Source: Bdellovibrionia bacterium (GTDB lineage: Bacteria; Bdellovibrionota; UBA1018). From it: a stretch of DNA of 32,203 nt. The notes below the pieces were generated by a model, which worked only from the letters and a program-made list of their open reading frames with translations, had not been told where the DNA came from and searched no databases. The stretch is from assembly GCA_045805065.1 (NCBI GenBank), contig JBJMMA010000046.1, positions 1 through 32,203 of the forward strand, written 5' to 3'. Position numbers and translations under genes: made by a program. Below, piece by piece: positions 8,873 to 18,080 of the stretch. The stretch's first letter is position 1; each line of letters opens with the position of its first letter.

Positions 8873-10348
8873 ATGTTACGGATTCGATTCAATAGTCCGC
8901 TCCTCGCGCTGATCGCGACTTGCGGAATCGCAACAGGTTCTGCGTTCGCGGCAAATCCATTGCCACCTAATCCTGCAAATCCTCCCGCTCCGGGCGGTGG
9001 ACATGGGGGTCCGGGGGGTGGATTTGGCGGTGGTGGTCATGGTCCTTCCGCTCCAGGTGGTGGACATGGCGGCGGAGGCGGATACGGCGGTGGCCATGGC
9101 CCATCCAATCCAGGCGGTGGCGGTGGAGGTTATCATCCACCTGCTCCAGCTCCTGCTCCTGCGCCATTCCCGGGCGGGAATCATGGTCCAGGCGGAAACC
9201 ATGGTGATAATCATGGCGGTAATCATGGCCCATTTCCTGGCGGTAATCCAGGTGGCTATCATCCAGCTCCTGGTCCAGCACCATTCCCAGGCGGGAATCA
9301 CGGCCCAGGCGACAATCATGGAGGCTATCATCCAGCTCCTGGCCCAGCGCCATTCCCGGGCGGTAATCATGGCCCAGGTGGAAACTATGGCGGAAATCAT
9401 GGCGGCGGTCATAACGGTGGCCATGATGGATTTCCTGGTCATGGCGGCGGTTACGGCGCGCCACACGGTTATCCAGTGGGCCACACGCATGGTCCAGGCT
9501 ACTCGTACGGACATGATGGTCACGGCAACATTGTAAGCCCGATCTATCACGATCATATCGATCTCGGACGTCGTCGCATGGATGACATGCGCCGCGACTC
9601 AAGAGTTCGAATTGTCGTGGATCGTCGCGCCCAAGATTGGCGCCTGCGCGATCATGATGTGCTGATCCGCTATAACGATCGCTTCACGCGCTATCATGAT
9701 ATCTATCGTGATCGTTACAAACCATGGTGGAACGAAGGCTTCTACGGCGGTTGTTACTGGGGCTTCCATCCTTTCTATGACATCGATACCTACTTCTACA
9801 ATCCAGTGGTGTATTGGTTCTACGCAACGGATCTGGACGATTACTACTTCCGCACCTGGTACGGTACGTCCTACGATCGCTATCCTGAGTTCAGGACTCG
9901 CTATCGTTATGCCGGCGTCTTTTTCCCGACCGAAGAATTCCGCGATCTCAGCCTGGGCGTCAGTGCCTTGGGGATCGAAGCACAGGCAAGATACCTCCGT
10001 GCATCGACGGTTCTCGGAGATCGTCTGGATCGTGAAGTCCAGCGTCACGGGGGCAGGGCACTGGGCGAGAAGTCTGTCGTGATCGATCACTATCAGATTC
10101 TTCCAGATGAAAAGGGTGTCGTGGTCGAAGGCTTTGTCGATCAGGATGATGTCCAGTTCTCCTTCAAGGCGTTCGAAGATCTGGTGAATCCAGAGAGCAC
10201 CCGGGTCTTCGCAGTGTCTGCGGATGACGAAATGTCAGATAATGAGCTCGACGAGCTTCGTGATCTCAACACTCAGATTGAAGATCAGGGTGGGGTCGTC
10301 GAGGGCATCGATCTTGATGATGGCGATCAGTCAGATTTGGGCAATTAA
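8873..10348 (+). CDS. Secreted Gly/Pro/His-rich repeat protein with Arg/Asp and Tyr/Trp-rich segments and an acidic C-terminal domain; function unknown
   Basis: ATG 8873 after GGGAG; signal peptide ending GSAFA-A; single long ORF followed by an intrinsic terminator. Confidence 0.85.
   Translation: MLRIRFNSPLLALIATCGIATGSAFAANPLPPNPANPPAPGGGHGGPGGGFGGGGHGPSAPGGGHGGGGGYGGGHGPSNPGGGGGGYHPPAPAPAPAPFPGGNHGPGGNHGDNHGGNHGPFPGGNPGGYHPAPGPAPFPGGNHGPGDNHGGYHPAPGPAPFPGGNHGPGGNYGGNHGGGHNGGHDGFPGHGGGYGAPHGYPVGHTHGPGYSYGHDGHGNIVSPIYHDHIDLGRRRMDDMRRDSRVRIVVDRRAQDWRLRDHDVLIRYNDRFTRYHDIYRDRYKPWWNEGFYGGCYWGFHPFYDIDTYFYNPVVYWFYATDLDDYYFRTWYGTSYDRYPEFRTRYRYAGVFFPTEEFRDLSLGVSALGIEAQARYLRASTVLGDRLDREVQRHGGRALGEKSVVIDHYQILPDEKGVVVEGFVDQDDVQFSFKAFEDLVNPESTRVFAVSADDEMSDNELDELRDLNTQIEDQGGVVEGIDLDDGDQSDLGN
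9125..9379 (+). repeat. Intragenic repeat, three copies of GGYHP(PAP)APGPAPFPGGNHGPG plus NHG micro-repeats
   Basis: Copies start at about 9125, 9251 and 9320 (last two 69 nt apart) and differ mainly at synonymous positions. Confidence 0.9.
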
Positions 10349-10389
10349 AGTTAGCTTCGGCTAAATTTGATTCGCTCATCACTGAGGGG

Positions 10390-10427
10390 ACGGCCGGGTT
10401 ACGAAGAGTAGCCCGGCCGTTTTTTTT
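10390..10427 (+). terminator. Rho-independent terminator
   Basis: ACGGCCGGGTTAC-GAAGA-GTAGCCCGGCCGT stem followed by a T run. Confidence 0.9.
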
Positions 10428-10470
10428 ATGGTGACGCAGTGGATGCTGTCTGGCTAAACTAGCCTGGTAT

Positions 10471-10794
10471 ATGAAATCCATCCGTCGCTGCATCCGTTCT
10501 TCTGTGGCTTTTCTGGTTGTTCTGAATGCGGTCGCCAGTTTGGCTTGGTCCGCAGGGCCTGCGCCCGCAGCGGGAGAAGGCGACACGATTCACGCAACGG
10601 TTTCCAAGAACTCCGTTAATTTGAGAACTGCCCCGGATATCCGTTCAAAAGCCAGTCGCATTCGGCTGAACAAAGGGGATGTGGTCATTGTTCGTCGCGC
10701 GTCCGAGCCTGGATGGTTCGAGATTCAATTACCAACGCCTTTCAAGGGCTTCTATGTTCGCCAGGATCTTCTCACTCTGGACGAATCCAAATAA
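10471..10794 (+). CDS. Secreted bacterial SH3-domain protein
   Basis: Signal peptide, then VNLRTAP..LNKGDVV..GWFEI..GFYVRQDLL. Confidence 0.85.
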   Translation: MKSIRRCIRSSVAFLVVLNAVASLAWSAGPAPAAGEGDTIHATVSKNSVNLRTAPDIRSKASRIRLNKGDVVIVRRASEPGWFEIQLPTPFKGFYVRQDLLTLDESK

Positions 10795-10797
10795 TTT

Positions 10798-12180
10798 ATG
10801 GAAACTCCCAGCGCTTCCAATTCCAATGACCGGCCAAATGAATTGGCAAATGAACTGAACGACTCTCGAAAATCTTATCCGTTCGGTCTGCGAACGGTCA
10901 TGGAGCTTTTTGATGTAGGGCCGGGCGTCGCCATTACCGCATTGAGCGCGGCTCTGATTGTCATTGTCCTTTCAATAATCTACTTCGTGCGGTCCGCGCC
11001 TCCCACTGAAATCTCGATCAGCGCGGGCCCTGAGGGAAGCATCTTTCAGAGAAACGCGCAAAAGTACGCCGACATCCTTAAAAAGGATGGGGTGAAGTTG
11101 AATATTCTGAAATCCAACGGGTCGCTGGAGAATCTTCAGCGGCTTGAGGATCCCAATTCGCATGTTGATGTGGGCTTTGTTCAGGGCGGGATCACGAACG
11201 ATAAGATGGAAAATCTGGTTTCGCTGGGGAGTATTTCTTACCAGCCGCTCATGATTTTCTATCGAGGCAATCCGATCGATTTTCTTTCGGGTCTTGCGGG
11301 GAAGCGCATTGCGATTGGTCCTGTCGGAAGTGGTGTACATGCTGTGGCGCTTTCTCTTCTCTCCGTCAACGGTATCGATGAGAAGGGGACGACGACTCTC
11401 TTGGATTGGGAATCTGAGCAAGCTTCCAAGGCTCTGTTGGATGGGCAAATTGATGCCGCGTTTTTAATGGGCGAGAGCGCATCCATGCCGGTGCTGCGCT
11501 CGCTCCTGCGCTCACCGAGCGTTCGTCTCTACAGCTTCAAGCAAGCGAATGCTTACAGTCGTAAAATCGATTACCTGAATGTGCTGGAGTTACCCGAAGG
11601 CGCCATTGATCTCGGAACCAATCTCCCCCCTCAGGATGTCACTTTGGTTGGGCCTACGGTGGAGCTCGTCGCCGTGAAAGGTTTGCACCCGGCACTCTCT
11701 GATTTATTGTTGCAGGCCGCCATGGAGTCGCATGGTCGACCCGGAATCTTTCAAAAGAGGGGAGAGTTCCCCGCACCGCAAGAGCATTCCATCCGCATCA
11801 GCGATGATGCACGAAGATTTTATACCTCGGGAAAAACCCTGCTTTATCGGTTATTGCCATTTTGGCTCGCAAGCTTGTTGAGTCGAATGCTTGTCGCGTT
11901 TGTTCCGACGTTGGTGGTACTGATTCCGGTGATGCGCAGCATCCCTGCTTTTTTCCGCTGGAGAGCAAATATCAAGATCCGCAGGCATTATGGCGAGCTT
12001 TTGAGTCTGGAGCGTCGTTGGTCCATGGAGACCTCGGCATCCGAAAGAGAGCGCCTGCGTCGTGAATTTGACCGAATTGAAGAAAGAGTCAATCGTACGA
12101 AAATTCGCGCAGCTTTTGCGGATCAATTCTACGGACTTCGCGGGCACATCAGTTATGTGCGCGCCTTCATGACAAAGTAG
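10798..12180 (+). CDS. TAXI-family TRAP solute-binding-like protein, membrane-anchored at both ends
   Basis: N-terminal TM, ISAGPEGS, SNGSLENL, VDVGFVQGG, LAGKRIAIGPVGSG, LHPAL and FPAP motifs; C-terminal TM plus helical tail. Confidence 0.85.
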   Translation: METPSASNSNDRPNELANELNDSRKSYPFGLRTVMELFDVGPGVAITALSAALIVIVLSIIYFVRSAPPTEISISAGPEGSIFQRNAQKYADILKKDGVKLNILKSNGSLENLQRLEDPNSHVDVGFVQGGITNDKMENLVSLGSISYQPLMIFYRGNPIDFLSGLAGKRIAIGPVGSGVHAVALSLLSVNGIDEKGTTTLLDWESEQASKALLDGQIDAAFLMGESASMPVLRSLLRSPSVRLYSFKQANAYSRKIDYLNVLELPEGAIDLGTNLPPQDVTLVGPTVELVAVKGLHPALSDLLLQAAMESHGRPGIFQKRGEFPAPQEHSIRISDDARRFYTSGKTLLYRLLPFWLASLLSRMLVAFVPTLVVLIPVMRSIPAFFRWRANIKIRRHYGELLSLERRWSMETSASERERLRREFDRIEERVNRTKIRAAFADQFYGLRGHISYVRAFMTK

Positions 12181-12316
12181 TACTGAACTAAAAAGTACTG
12201 AATTGCGTTAAAGAATAGTCGGGGCTCACCCGGAAATATTTTTCCGTTCTATTTACATTACATCTCCTTGGCATTATCACTCCTTGGAACTTTCATTGAA
12301 GTTCGGGGGGTACATC

Positions 12317-13249
12317 GTGAAGGGCATTTTCAAGAAATTTAGCGTTCTCATTTTGGCGGCACTGTTTTTTGGTTCAGCAAATCTGGCCTCAGCCTCTCCG
12401 CTGCCGCTCAATCATCTCAATTATCAGGATAATCCGAGAGTCCTTTACAATATCTCGCCGCAGCTTTTTAAAAAGCTCATCGATCAAGTGGTGATCGCGT
12501 TCTCGCCAATCGTTCGCATGCACGGCGCTGAGCTCAGGGCCAATTATCTTTGGAACGATTCCACGGTAAACGCCTATGCGACCCGTGAGGGGAACGTTTG
12601 GACTCTTAATATGTTCGGTGGTCTCGCCAGACGAAAAGAGATTACGCCTGACGGCTTCTCGATGGTGGTCTGTCACGAATTAGGACATCACCTGGCAGGA
12701 TATCCTTTCAAGGGCGGTCCTAGCGAATACGCCAATCCCTGGGCAGCTGCCGAAGGTCAGTCCGATTATTTCGCGACGCAGACTTGTGCTCACGTCATCT
12801 GGGGAAATGATTTTGCGGAAAACGCAAAGCATCGCTTCACGGTCGATCCGATTGCAAAGCAAATGTGTGATCGCAACTGGAGTTATCAAACGCAACGCGA
12901 CCTCTGCTATCGCACAGCAGATGCAGGCCAATCCCTGGCAAATCTCCTGAATGTTCTTGAGGACGCAAATCGTCCGGTTCGCTTTCAAAACGCAAAGAAC
13001 AGAGTGCTCGTTCCATATACGGATACGTCTCACCCTGCGGCACAATGCCGCCTTGAGACCTATCTGAATGGAGCAATCTGCAGACGTCCGTTCGATCTGC
13101 GTGTGATTCCTGGCTTTGGTCCTCACTTCTCAGGCGGATCGCCGATGGAAGAGGAGAAGGAAGCCGCGAACTACTCCTGCGGAGAGCGCGGATCCGCATA
13201 CGATGGATCTCGTCCTCGTTGCTGGTTCAAGCCGCTTCTGAATTGGTAA
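12317..13249 (+). CDS. Secreted Cys-rich zinc metallopeptidase-like protein (HExxH)
   Basis: Signal peptide; VNAYA, MFGGLARR, VVCHELGHHLAG, EGQSDYFAT, HP.AQCRLETY and RPRCWF. GTG 12317 chosen as start. Confidence 0.8.
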   Translation: MKGIFKKFSVLILAALFFGSANLASASPLPLNHLNYQDNPRVLYNISPQLFKKLIDQVVIAFSPIVRMHGAELRANYLWNDSTVNAYATREGNVWTLNMFGGLARRKEITPDGFSMVVCHELGHHLAGYPFKGGPSEYANPWAAAEGQSDYFATQTCAHVIWGNDFAENAKHRFTVDPIAKQMCDRNWSYQTQRDLCYRTADAGQSLANLLNVLEDANRPVRFQNAKNRVLVPYTDTSHPAAQCRLETYLNGAICRRPFDLRVIPGFGPHFSGGSPMEEEKEAANYSCGERGSAYDGSRPRCWFKPLLNW

Positions 13250-13251
13250 TT

Positions 13252-13617
13252 CTACGGGCAGAGCGCATCCATGTCCTCAATGAGCTCCTGAAGCTCAAAA
13301 GGCTTGTGTCGGAGCTTTACGGCTCCTTCCGGAAACTGTAGGCTCCTTACTGCGGTTGCTACGATGACTGGGATTGGCCCAATTCGAGGGTCTAAAGACT
13401 TTTTCTCCAGAAACTCGGCACCACCCATCTCGGGCATCATCATGTCGAGAATAATCAGATCCGGAAGGACGTCTTTTTGACGCCCAAGTAGTTCAATCGC
13501 TTCGCGACCGTTCCGCGCAAGCCAGGCATCGCGTCCTGTGGACTCGATGATCATCTGAACTGTCTCTCTCAGTTGATCGTCGTCCTCAATGAATAGAACG
13601 ATGGATTTTTGTTTCAA
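13252..13617 (-). CDS. Single-domain response regulator (receiver only)
   Basis: IEDD, IILDMMMP, VATA and HKPF; TTG start with AGGAG 8 nt upstream. Confidence 0.9.
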   Translation of the reverse strand: MKQKSIVLFIEDDDQLRETVQMIIESTGRDAWLARNGREAIELLGRQKDVLPDLIILDMMMPEMGGAEFLEKKSLDPRIGPIPVIVATAVRSLQFPEGAVKLRHKPFELQELIEDMDALCP

Positions 13618-13670
13618 GCTGCTGGCTCCTGTTGTTTAAGTCCATTTCGTTTGAGTCATTATTCTAAGTG

Positions 13671-13718
13671 AAATCTATCTAAAATCTATTTAAAATACTT
13701 TTAAAGTCACTTTAAAAT
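13671..13718. repeat. AT-rich 11-bp-period direct repeats in a divergent intergenic region
   Basis: AAATCTATCTA / AAATCTATTTA / AAATACTTTTA / AAGTCACTTTA / AAAT. Confidence 0.7.
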
Positions 13719-13748
13719 AAATGAGTACTGAAAGAAGGTATTTCATAG

Positions 13749-14150
13749 ATGCAGGATCTTGCGGTTCTGGTGGTTGATGACACCGCAAACATCAAGGAGC
13801 TTCTTGCCTCGGCGCTGAAGGATTCTGGCTGTCGCGTATTCATGGCGGATGGAGGCAATGATGGATTTTCGGTTCTGAGTCGAGAGAAAGTCGACCTTCT
13901 GATCACCGATTTAAGAATGGAAAATGGAACAGGCATCGAGCTCATTCGTCGCATCAGGCGCATGAAGAGAGCGGGAGAGCCTGTGCCTGAGATCGTCGTG
14001 TACACTGGCCTCTGCAGCAAAGACGGGGAAAGTTATCTGAAATCCTTGGGCGCAAGCGAGGTCTGGCTCAAGGAAACGTCACCGGGACAATTTATCGCAA
14101 CCTTGATGAAACAACGAAGGAGTCCTGAGGATGGATCCAAAGAAAGTTAG
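13749..14150 (+). CDS. Single-domain response regulator (receiver only)
   Basis: VVDD, LITDLRM, VYTG and WLKE. Confidence 0.85.
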   Translation: MQDLAVLVVDDTANIKELLASALKDSGCRVFMADGGNDGFSVLSREKVDLLITDLRMENGTGIELIRRIRRMKRAGEPVPEIVVYTGLCSKDGESYLKSLGASEVWLKETSPGQFIATLMKQRRSPEDGSKES

Positions 14151-15774
14151 TCCAAAGAAAGTTTGTAATGACGAGGAGCGGAGTTTTTTTCAAAGTCTGG
14201 TAGAGAACTCAGCGGATGTGATCACGGCTCATACTTTGGCAGGGGACCTGCTTTATGTCTCTCCCAGCTGCAAAGAACTGGTAGGCTTTCCTGCTGAACA
14301 TTTTAAGGCTGTCGATTTTCGCACGCACATTCATCCTGCAGACCTGGAGGTTGTTCGCGGCCTGTTTCTAGCCATTCCGGTGAGTCAGGCACCGGTGACG
14401 GTTCCTTTTCGCGTCAAGCATGCGAAGGGATTCATGGTCTGGCTTGAGGCAATCGGGAAACTCATGCCGAATCCAGCTCCAGGACTGGAGCCTATAGTAC
14501 TTATCAATGTAAGAAATGCGACAGCCCGAAAGCTAGTCAAGCAACAGCGTGACAAGATGAGCGCTCTTTTGGAGGTGTTGACCCGCCAGCTTGAAGAGCG
14601 CATGGAGCTGCTGCGGGCCACCGAAAAGCAGTTGGTTCAGGCTCAGAAGCTTGAAGCAATCGGACAATTGGCCGGAGGCATTGCTCACGATTTCAATAAC
14701 CTCTTGGGCGGAGTGGTCGGATTTTCAGAAGCCATTGAGCACGAGGCCGCATCTACTCCCAGCATTGCTGAGAAGGCGGCGCGCATTCATCAAGCCGCAG
14801 GGCGCGGCATGGACTTGACGCGCAAGATTCTCAGTTTTGCGCGAATCAATTCCGGCAAAAAAGAGATCGAATCGTTCAACGAGATCATCCGAGAGGCCAA
14901 AGAACTTTTGAATCGGACCCTGCCGAAGATCATCGCGATTGAGTTGGAGCTGGACTCCGGACTATGGCCCGTTCATTGCGACCGGAGCGAGATGATCCAG
15001 GTTCTTTTGAATCTGGGAATCAATGCGAAAGACGCGATGGAAAAGGGTGGTAAAATTAAAATCAGAACGAGCAATCAGGACGGCCACGACGGACGCTTTG
15101 TTCAATTTGATTTTATCGATAGTGGTGTCGGTATCTCTGCTGAGATCCAAGATCGGATCTTCGAGCCATTCTTCACGACAAAAGATGTCGGAAAAGGGAC
15201 TGGCTTGGGGTTATCGGTTGTCTACGGGATCATACAAAGTCATCAAGGAACGATCCAGTTGAGCTCTGAGCCTGGTCGTGGAACCTGTTTCTCGATTCGG
15301 CTTCCGGCTGAAGTGGATGGCGCCGTTTCGGTGAGGAAGGCTGCCTCTCCAAAATACTCGGTCCCGGTCAGCCGGCATACCTCGTCTTTCAGTGGTCGTA
15401 CGGCTCTGGTGATTGATGATGATGACGACTTGCGCGAACTGAGCGAAGACTTTCTTGCTGCTGCAGGATTCAACCTTTTGTCTGCTGCTGACGGATCGGA
15501 GGCTCTGAATCTTTTTCAGAAACATGCTTCCAGAATTGATCTCGTCGTACTGGACATCAATCTGCCCGAAAAATCTGGATGGGAAGTGTTCTCCGAAATC
15601 CGCTCCAAGCAGCCATTCCTGCCTGTCATCGCCTTCAGCGGACTTTCAAAGGACGAACTGCCACAATCGTTTCAGAGTGCTGCGCATGTCACATTCCTGG
15701 AAAAACCGTGTACCCAGGATGATTACCTGCAGGCAGTAAGAAAAGCGATTGAGGCGTCTGCCTTGCGGGCATGA
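14131..15774 (+). CDS. Cytoplasmic hybrid histidine kinase (PAS-HisKA-HATPase-REC, CckA-like architecture)
   Basis: PAS (YVSPS..IHPAD..WLE), [35 protein letters not shown] and a C-terminal receiver ([11 protein letters not shown]). Confidence 0.93.
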   Translation: MDPKKVSPKKVCNDEERSFFQSLVENSADVITAHTLAGDLLYVSPSCKELVGFPAEHFKAVDFRTHIHPADLEVVRGLFLAIPVSQAPVTVPFRVKHAKGFMVWLEAIGKLMPNPAPGLEPIVLINVRNATARKLVKQQRDKMSALLEVLTRQLEERMELLRATEKQLVQAQKLEAIGQLAGGIAHDFNNLLGGVVGFSEAIEHEAASTPSIAEKAARIHQAAGRGMDLTRKILSFARINSGKKEIESFNEIIREAKELLNRTLPKIIAIELELDSGLWPVHCDRSEMIQVLLNLGINAKDAMEKGGKIKIRTSNQDGHDGRFVQFDFIDSGVGISAEIQDRIFEPFFTTKDVGKGTGLGLSVVYGIIQSHQGTIQLSSEPGRGTCFSIRLPAEVDGAVSVRKAASPKYSVPVSRHTSSFSGRTALVIDDDDDLRELSEDFLAAAGFNLLSAADGSEALNLFQKHASRIDLVVLDINLPEKSGWEVFSEIRSKQPFLPVIAFSGLSKDELPQSFQSAAHVTFLEKPCTQDDYLQAVRKAIEASALRA

Positions 15775-15796
15775 AACCTGAAATGCACTGAGTTCC

Positions 15797-16237
15797 ATGA
15801 AACCCAGTGTGAAAAAGAAAGCCAGCCAGGCCAAAGTGGTCGGGGTGGATCATCTCTCCATCACGGTCAGTGACTTTGAGGCCTCAAAGAAATTCTATGG
15901 CAGTGTCCTGAAGTTTCTTGGATTCAAAGTCCTGGACGAATACGACGACGCTATCGGATGGACGAATGGAAAAACAAGAATATGGATTTCTGCAGCCGAT
16001 CAGAAGGGAAAGAAGCACAAATATCACTTTGGCGACATCGGCTTTCATCACTACGCTTTTCGCCTGAGCAGTCAGAAGGATGTGGACGAGCTCCAAGGGT
16101 TTCTCAGGCGGATTGGCGCCAAGATCGTCGATCCTGCGGGCGAGTACTACAAGGATTACTATGGCGTTTACTTTGAGGATCCCGACGGGCTTGAGCTTGA
16201 AGGCATGTGGTACGGTAGGCTGAAAAAATCAGCGTGA
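15797..16237 (+). CDS. VOC/glyoxalase family protein
   Basis: VDHLSITVSDF..SKKFY, GFHHYAF and YFEDPDGLELE. Confidence 0.92.
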   Translation: MKPSVKKKASQAKVVGVDHLSITVSDFEASKKFYGSVLKFLGFKVLDEYDDAIGWTNGKTRIWISAADQKGKKHKYHFGDIGFHHYAFRLSSQKDVDELQGFLRRIGAKIVDPAGEYYKDYYGVYFEDPDGLELEGMWYGRLKKSA

Positions 16238-16269
16238 AATAAGATCTGTAAAAGTCTAAGCTGCAAAGC

Positions 16270-16854
16270 ATGATGGCTTTGCCAAGCGCATATTTAGATT
16301 TCGGAGCGGGTGCCTGGAAGGTGCTGTCGCTTTTTCTGATTCCAATTGGTGGGGGAATTCCTGCCGGCGTCCTTTTAGCAAAAAACGAAGGCATTGCCTG
16401 GCCTTTGACGGCGTTCCTCTATTTGATCTCTGATATCATTTTGGCCTGCGTTTTTGATCCCGTGATGCACCTACTGATTGCAGCCGGAAAGAAGTCCCCC
16501 GCGCTGTCGAGAATCAATGCCGCTTTCAAGCAATCCACGCAGAAGTCGATTTCAAGCTACGGAACCCACCTTGGACCTTTGACCCTGATCATGATTGCAT
16601 TCGGTGTAGATCCGATGACAGGACGCGCGGCAACAGCATTTGCGGGTCACGGTTTTTTGACCGGATGGACGCTCGCTATCATGGGCGATATGCTCTATTT
16701 CACCCTCTTGATGGTTTCGACGCTTTGGTTAAATGGGATTCTGGGTGATGGCACCCTGACGACTATTATTATTATGGTGCTCATGATGGTTGTTCCCGGC
16801 ATCTTGCGCAAGGCGCGTGAGCGATCGAAGGCAATGAAGTCAGGGGCTCTTTAG
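16270..16854 (+). CDS. Hypothetical integral membrane protein
   Basis: Several hydrophobic segments; IPIGGGIPAGVLLA and FGVDPMTG look like conserved motifs, but I cannot assign the family. Confidence 0.7.
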   Translation: MMALPSAYLDFGAGAWKVLSLFLIPIGGGIPAGVLLAKNEGIAWPLTAFLYLISDIILACVFDPVMHLLIAAGKKSPALSRINAAFKQSTQKSISSYGTHLGPLTLIMIAFGVDPMTGRAATAFAGHGFLTGWTLAIMGDMLYFTLLMVSTLWLNGILGDGTLTTIIIMVLMMVVPGILRKARERSKAMKSGAL

Positions 16855-17475
16855 CGGATTTTGATGGATTTGAAACTCAATCATGGATCTGAAGATCTGA
16901 ATCATTTGATCGTGTTCGCGCCCAGGTGGAATGGATCCCCATCCTCTGGAGGCCAGGATTTCAATCACTCGATGCACGCCTTCAACGCAGGATAAGCAAG
17001 CAGGGTGGGGCTGTTTCTTGAAGCCATATTCGGAAGGCTGCGCGGGATCAAAGCTTGCCTTGGGAAGTGATTGAAGAAGGGCGCTTTTTCGAAGAATTCC
17101 TCGAGCCTCTGACCAGGAACCATCAATCACAATGAACAAGGGACGTTGAGGCGGCTTGACGACGGATTGCCACTTCTCGTCTGGGAGGGAGCTCAGGTTT
17201 AGCGCTGTGGCGTCAGGAAACAGTAAGATGGGTGCGGTTGTTGGGGATTTCAGGAGCTCCTTCAGTACTGGATCGTGGTCCAGCCGATCGCCATTGCTTC
17301 GAATCCAGGTCAGATTGGAGATCGAGCGCCGGAGGATCCATGCAGTCCCGACGGTGGTTTTCACCTCGTTGGGGTGAACAATCAGAGCAAAATCGGCGCT
17401 TGCCTCAAACGGCCGAGCCATAGGGCAGAAGCAGACTTGGCTTGGACGATGGCAGGACCAGCAAAACGCTCTCAT
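16840..17475 (-). CDS. tapT: DTW-domain tRNA-uridine aminocarboxypropyltransferase (TapT/YfiP-like)
   Basis: N-terminal CxxC..CxC, IVHPNE..GTA, LLFP, IVIDGSW (Ser variant of DxTW) and LSCVE; start ATG 17475. Confidence 0.8.
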   Translation of the reverse strand: MRAFCWSCHRPSQVCFCPMARPFEASADFALIVHPNEVKTTVGTAWILRRSISNLTWIRSNGDRLDHDPVLKELLKSPTTAPILLFPDATALNLSSLPDEKWQSVVKPPQRPLFIVIDGSWSEARGILRKSALLQSLPKASFDPAQPSEYGFKKQPHPACLSCVEGVHRVIEILASRGWGSIPPGREHDQMIQIFRSMIEFQIHQNPLKSP

Positions 17476-17588
17476 CTGCCGCTCATTTTCTACAAAACCG
17501 ACTAAAACGCCAGTCTTGAATGGAGTGCATCTTTCAGCTGCATATTTTTGGCTGCACATCGGGGCGGGATGAAATAGGATGGGCGCAT

Positions 17589-18008
17589 ATGTCAGCACCG
17601 TATGACTTTAAAGAAAATGCGAAGGCGCTTTTAAAACGAATTGGGCATAACCCTGGTCTTGGTGTGAACCCTGCGCTTGCCCTGGTTGCTGTAGAGACGG
17701 CGTTACGGGAGGCGTTTACGCGCGGACAAGAGCAAGCCAAGGGGAGCAAGGCTCCTGCAAAGTCGTCCGTCAGCCAGGGCGTTCCGGCTTCACAAGCTTA
17801 TGTCAAGGAGTACACTAAAGAGTACGCTGACGAGTGCCAGCATCAATGGCAGGAAGCCTTCTTGGATGGAAGGTCAGTGGGCTCGAAATGCGTAAACTGC
17901 GAAATGCTGGAAAGCGACGTACGCAAACAGTGTGATCATTACTTTGTGAAAACAAACGCAGGCGAAGTCTGCGTTGCCTGCCGGACGCCTAGAAACCCAA
18001 GGCGATAA
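17589..18008 (+). CDS. Hypothetical protein with two C-terminal CxH...CxxC putative zinc ribbons
   Basis: CQHQW..KCVNC and CDHYF..VCVAC; start ATG 17589. Confidence 0.7.
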   Translation: MSAPYDFKENAKALLKRIGHNPGLGVNPALALVAVETALREAFTRGQEQAKGSKAPAKSSVSQGVPASQAYVKEYTKEYADECQHQWQEAFLDGRSVGSKCVNCEMLESDVRKQCDHYFVKTNAGEVCVACRTPRNPRR

Positions 18009-18080
18009 TCTGAATAGGCCAGTCGTTGTGCACTGACAAGCAGCGTCCGTGACGCATGCCATTTGCATAGGTGAGTGCAA

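Noticed and set aside
9125..9420. Repeats as a possible CRISPR array
   Set aside because: They are in-frame coding repeats with synonymous variation, no unique spacers of regular length and no cas genes.
8876..10090. Several long alternative-frame and antisense ORFs over the Gly/His-rich gene
   Set aside because: Expected shadows of repetitive, stop-poor codons; no motifs or ribosome-binding sites.
16840..17475. DGSW instead of DxTW as a sign of an inactive enzyme
   Set aside because: Thr-to-Ser is conservative and the other motifs are intact.
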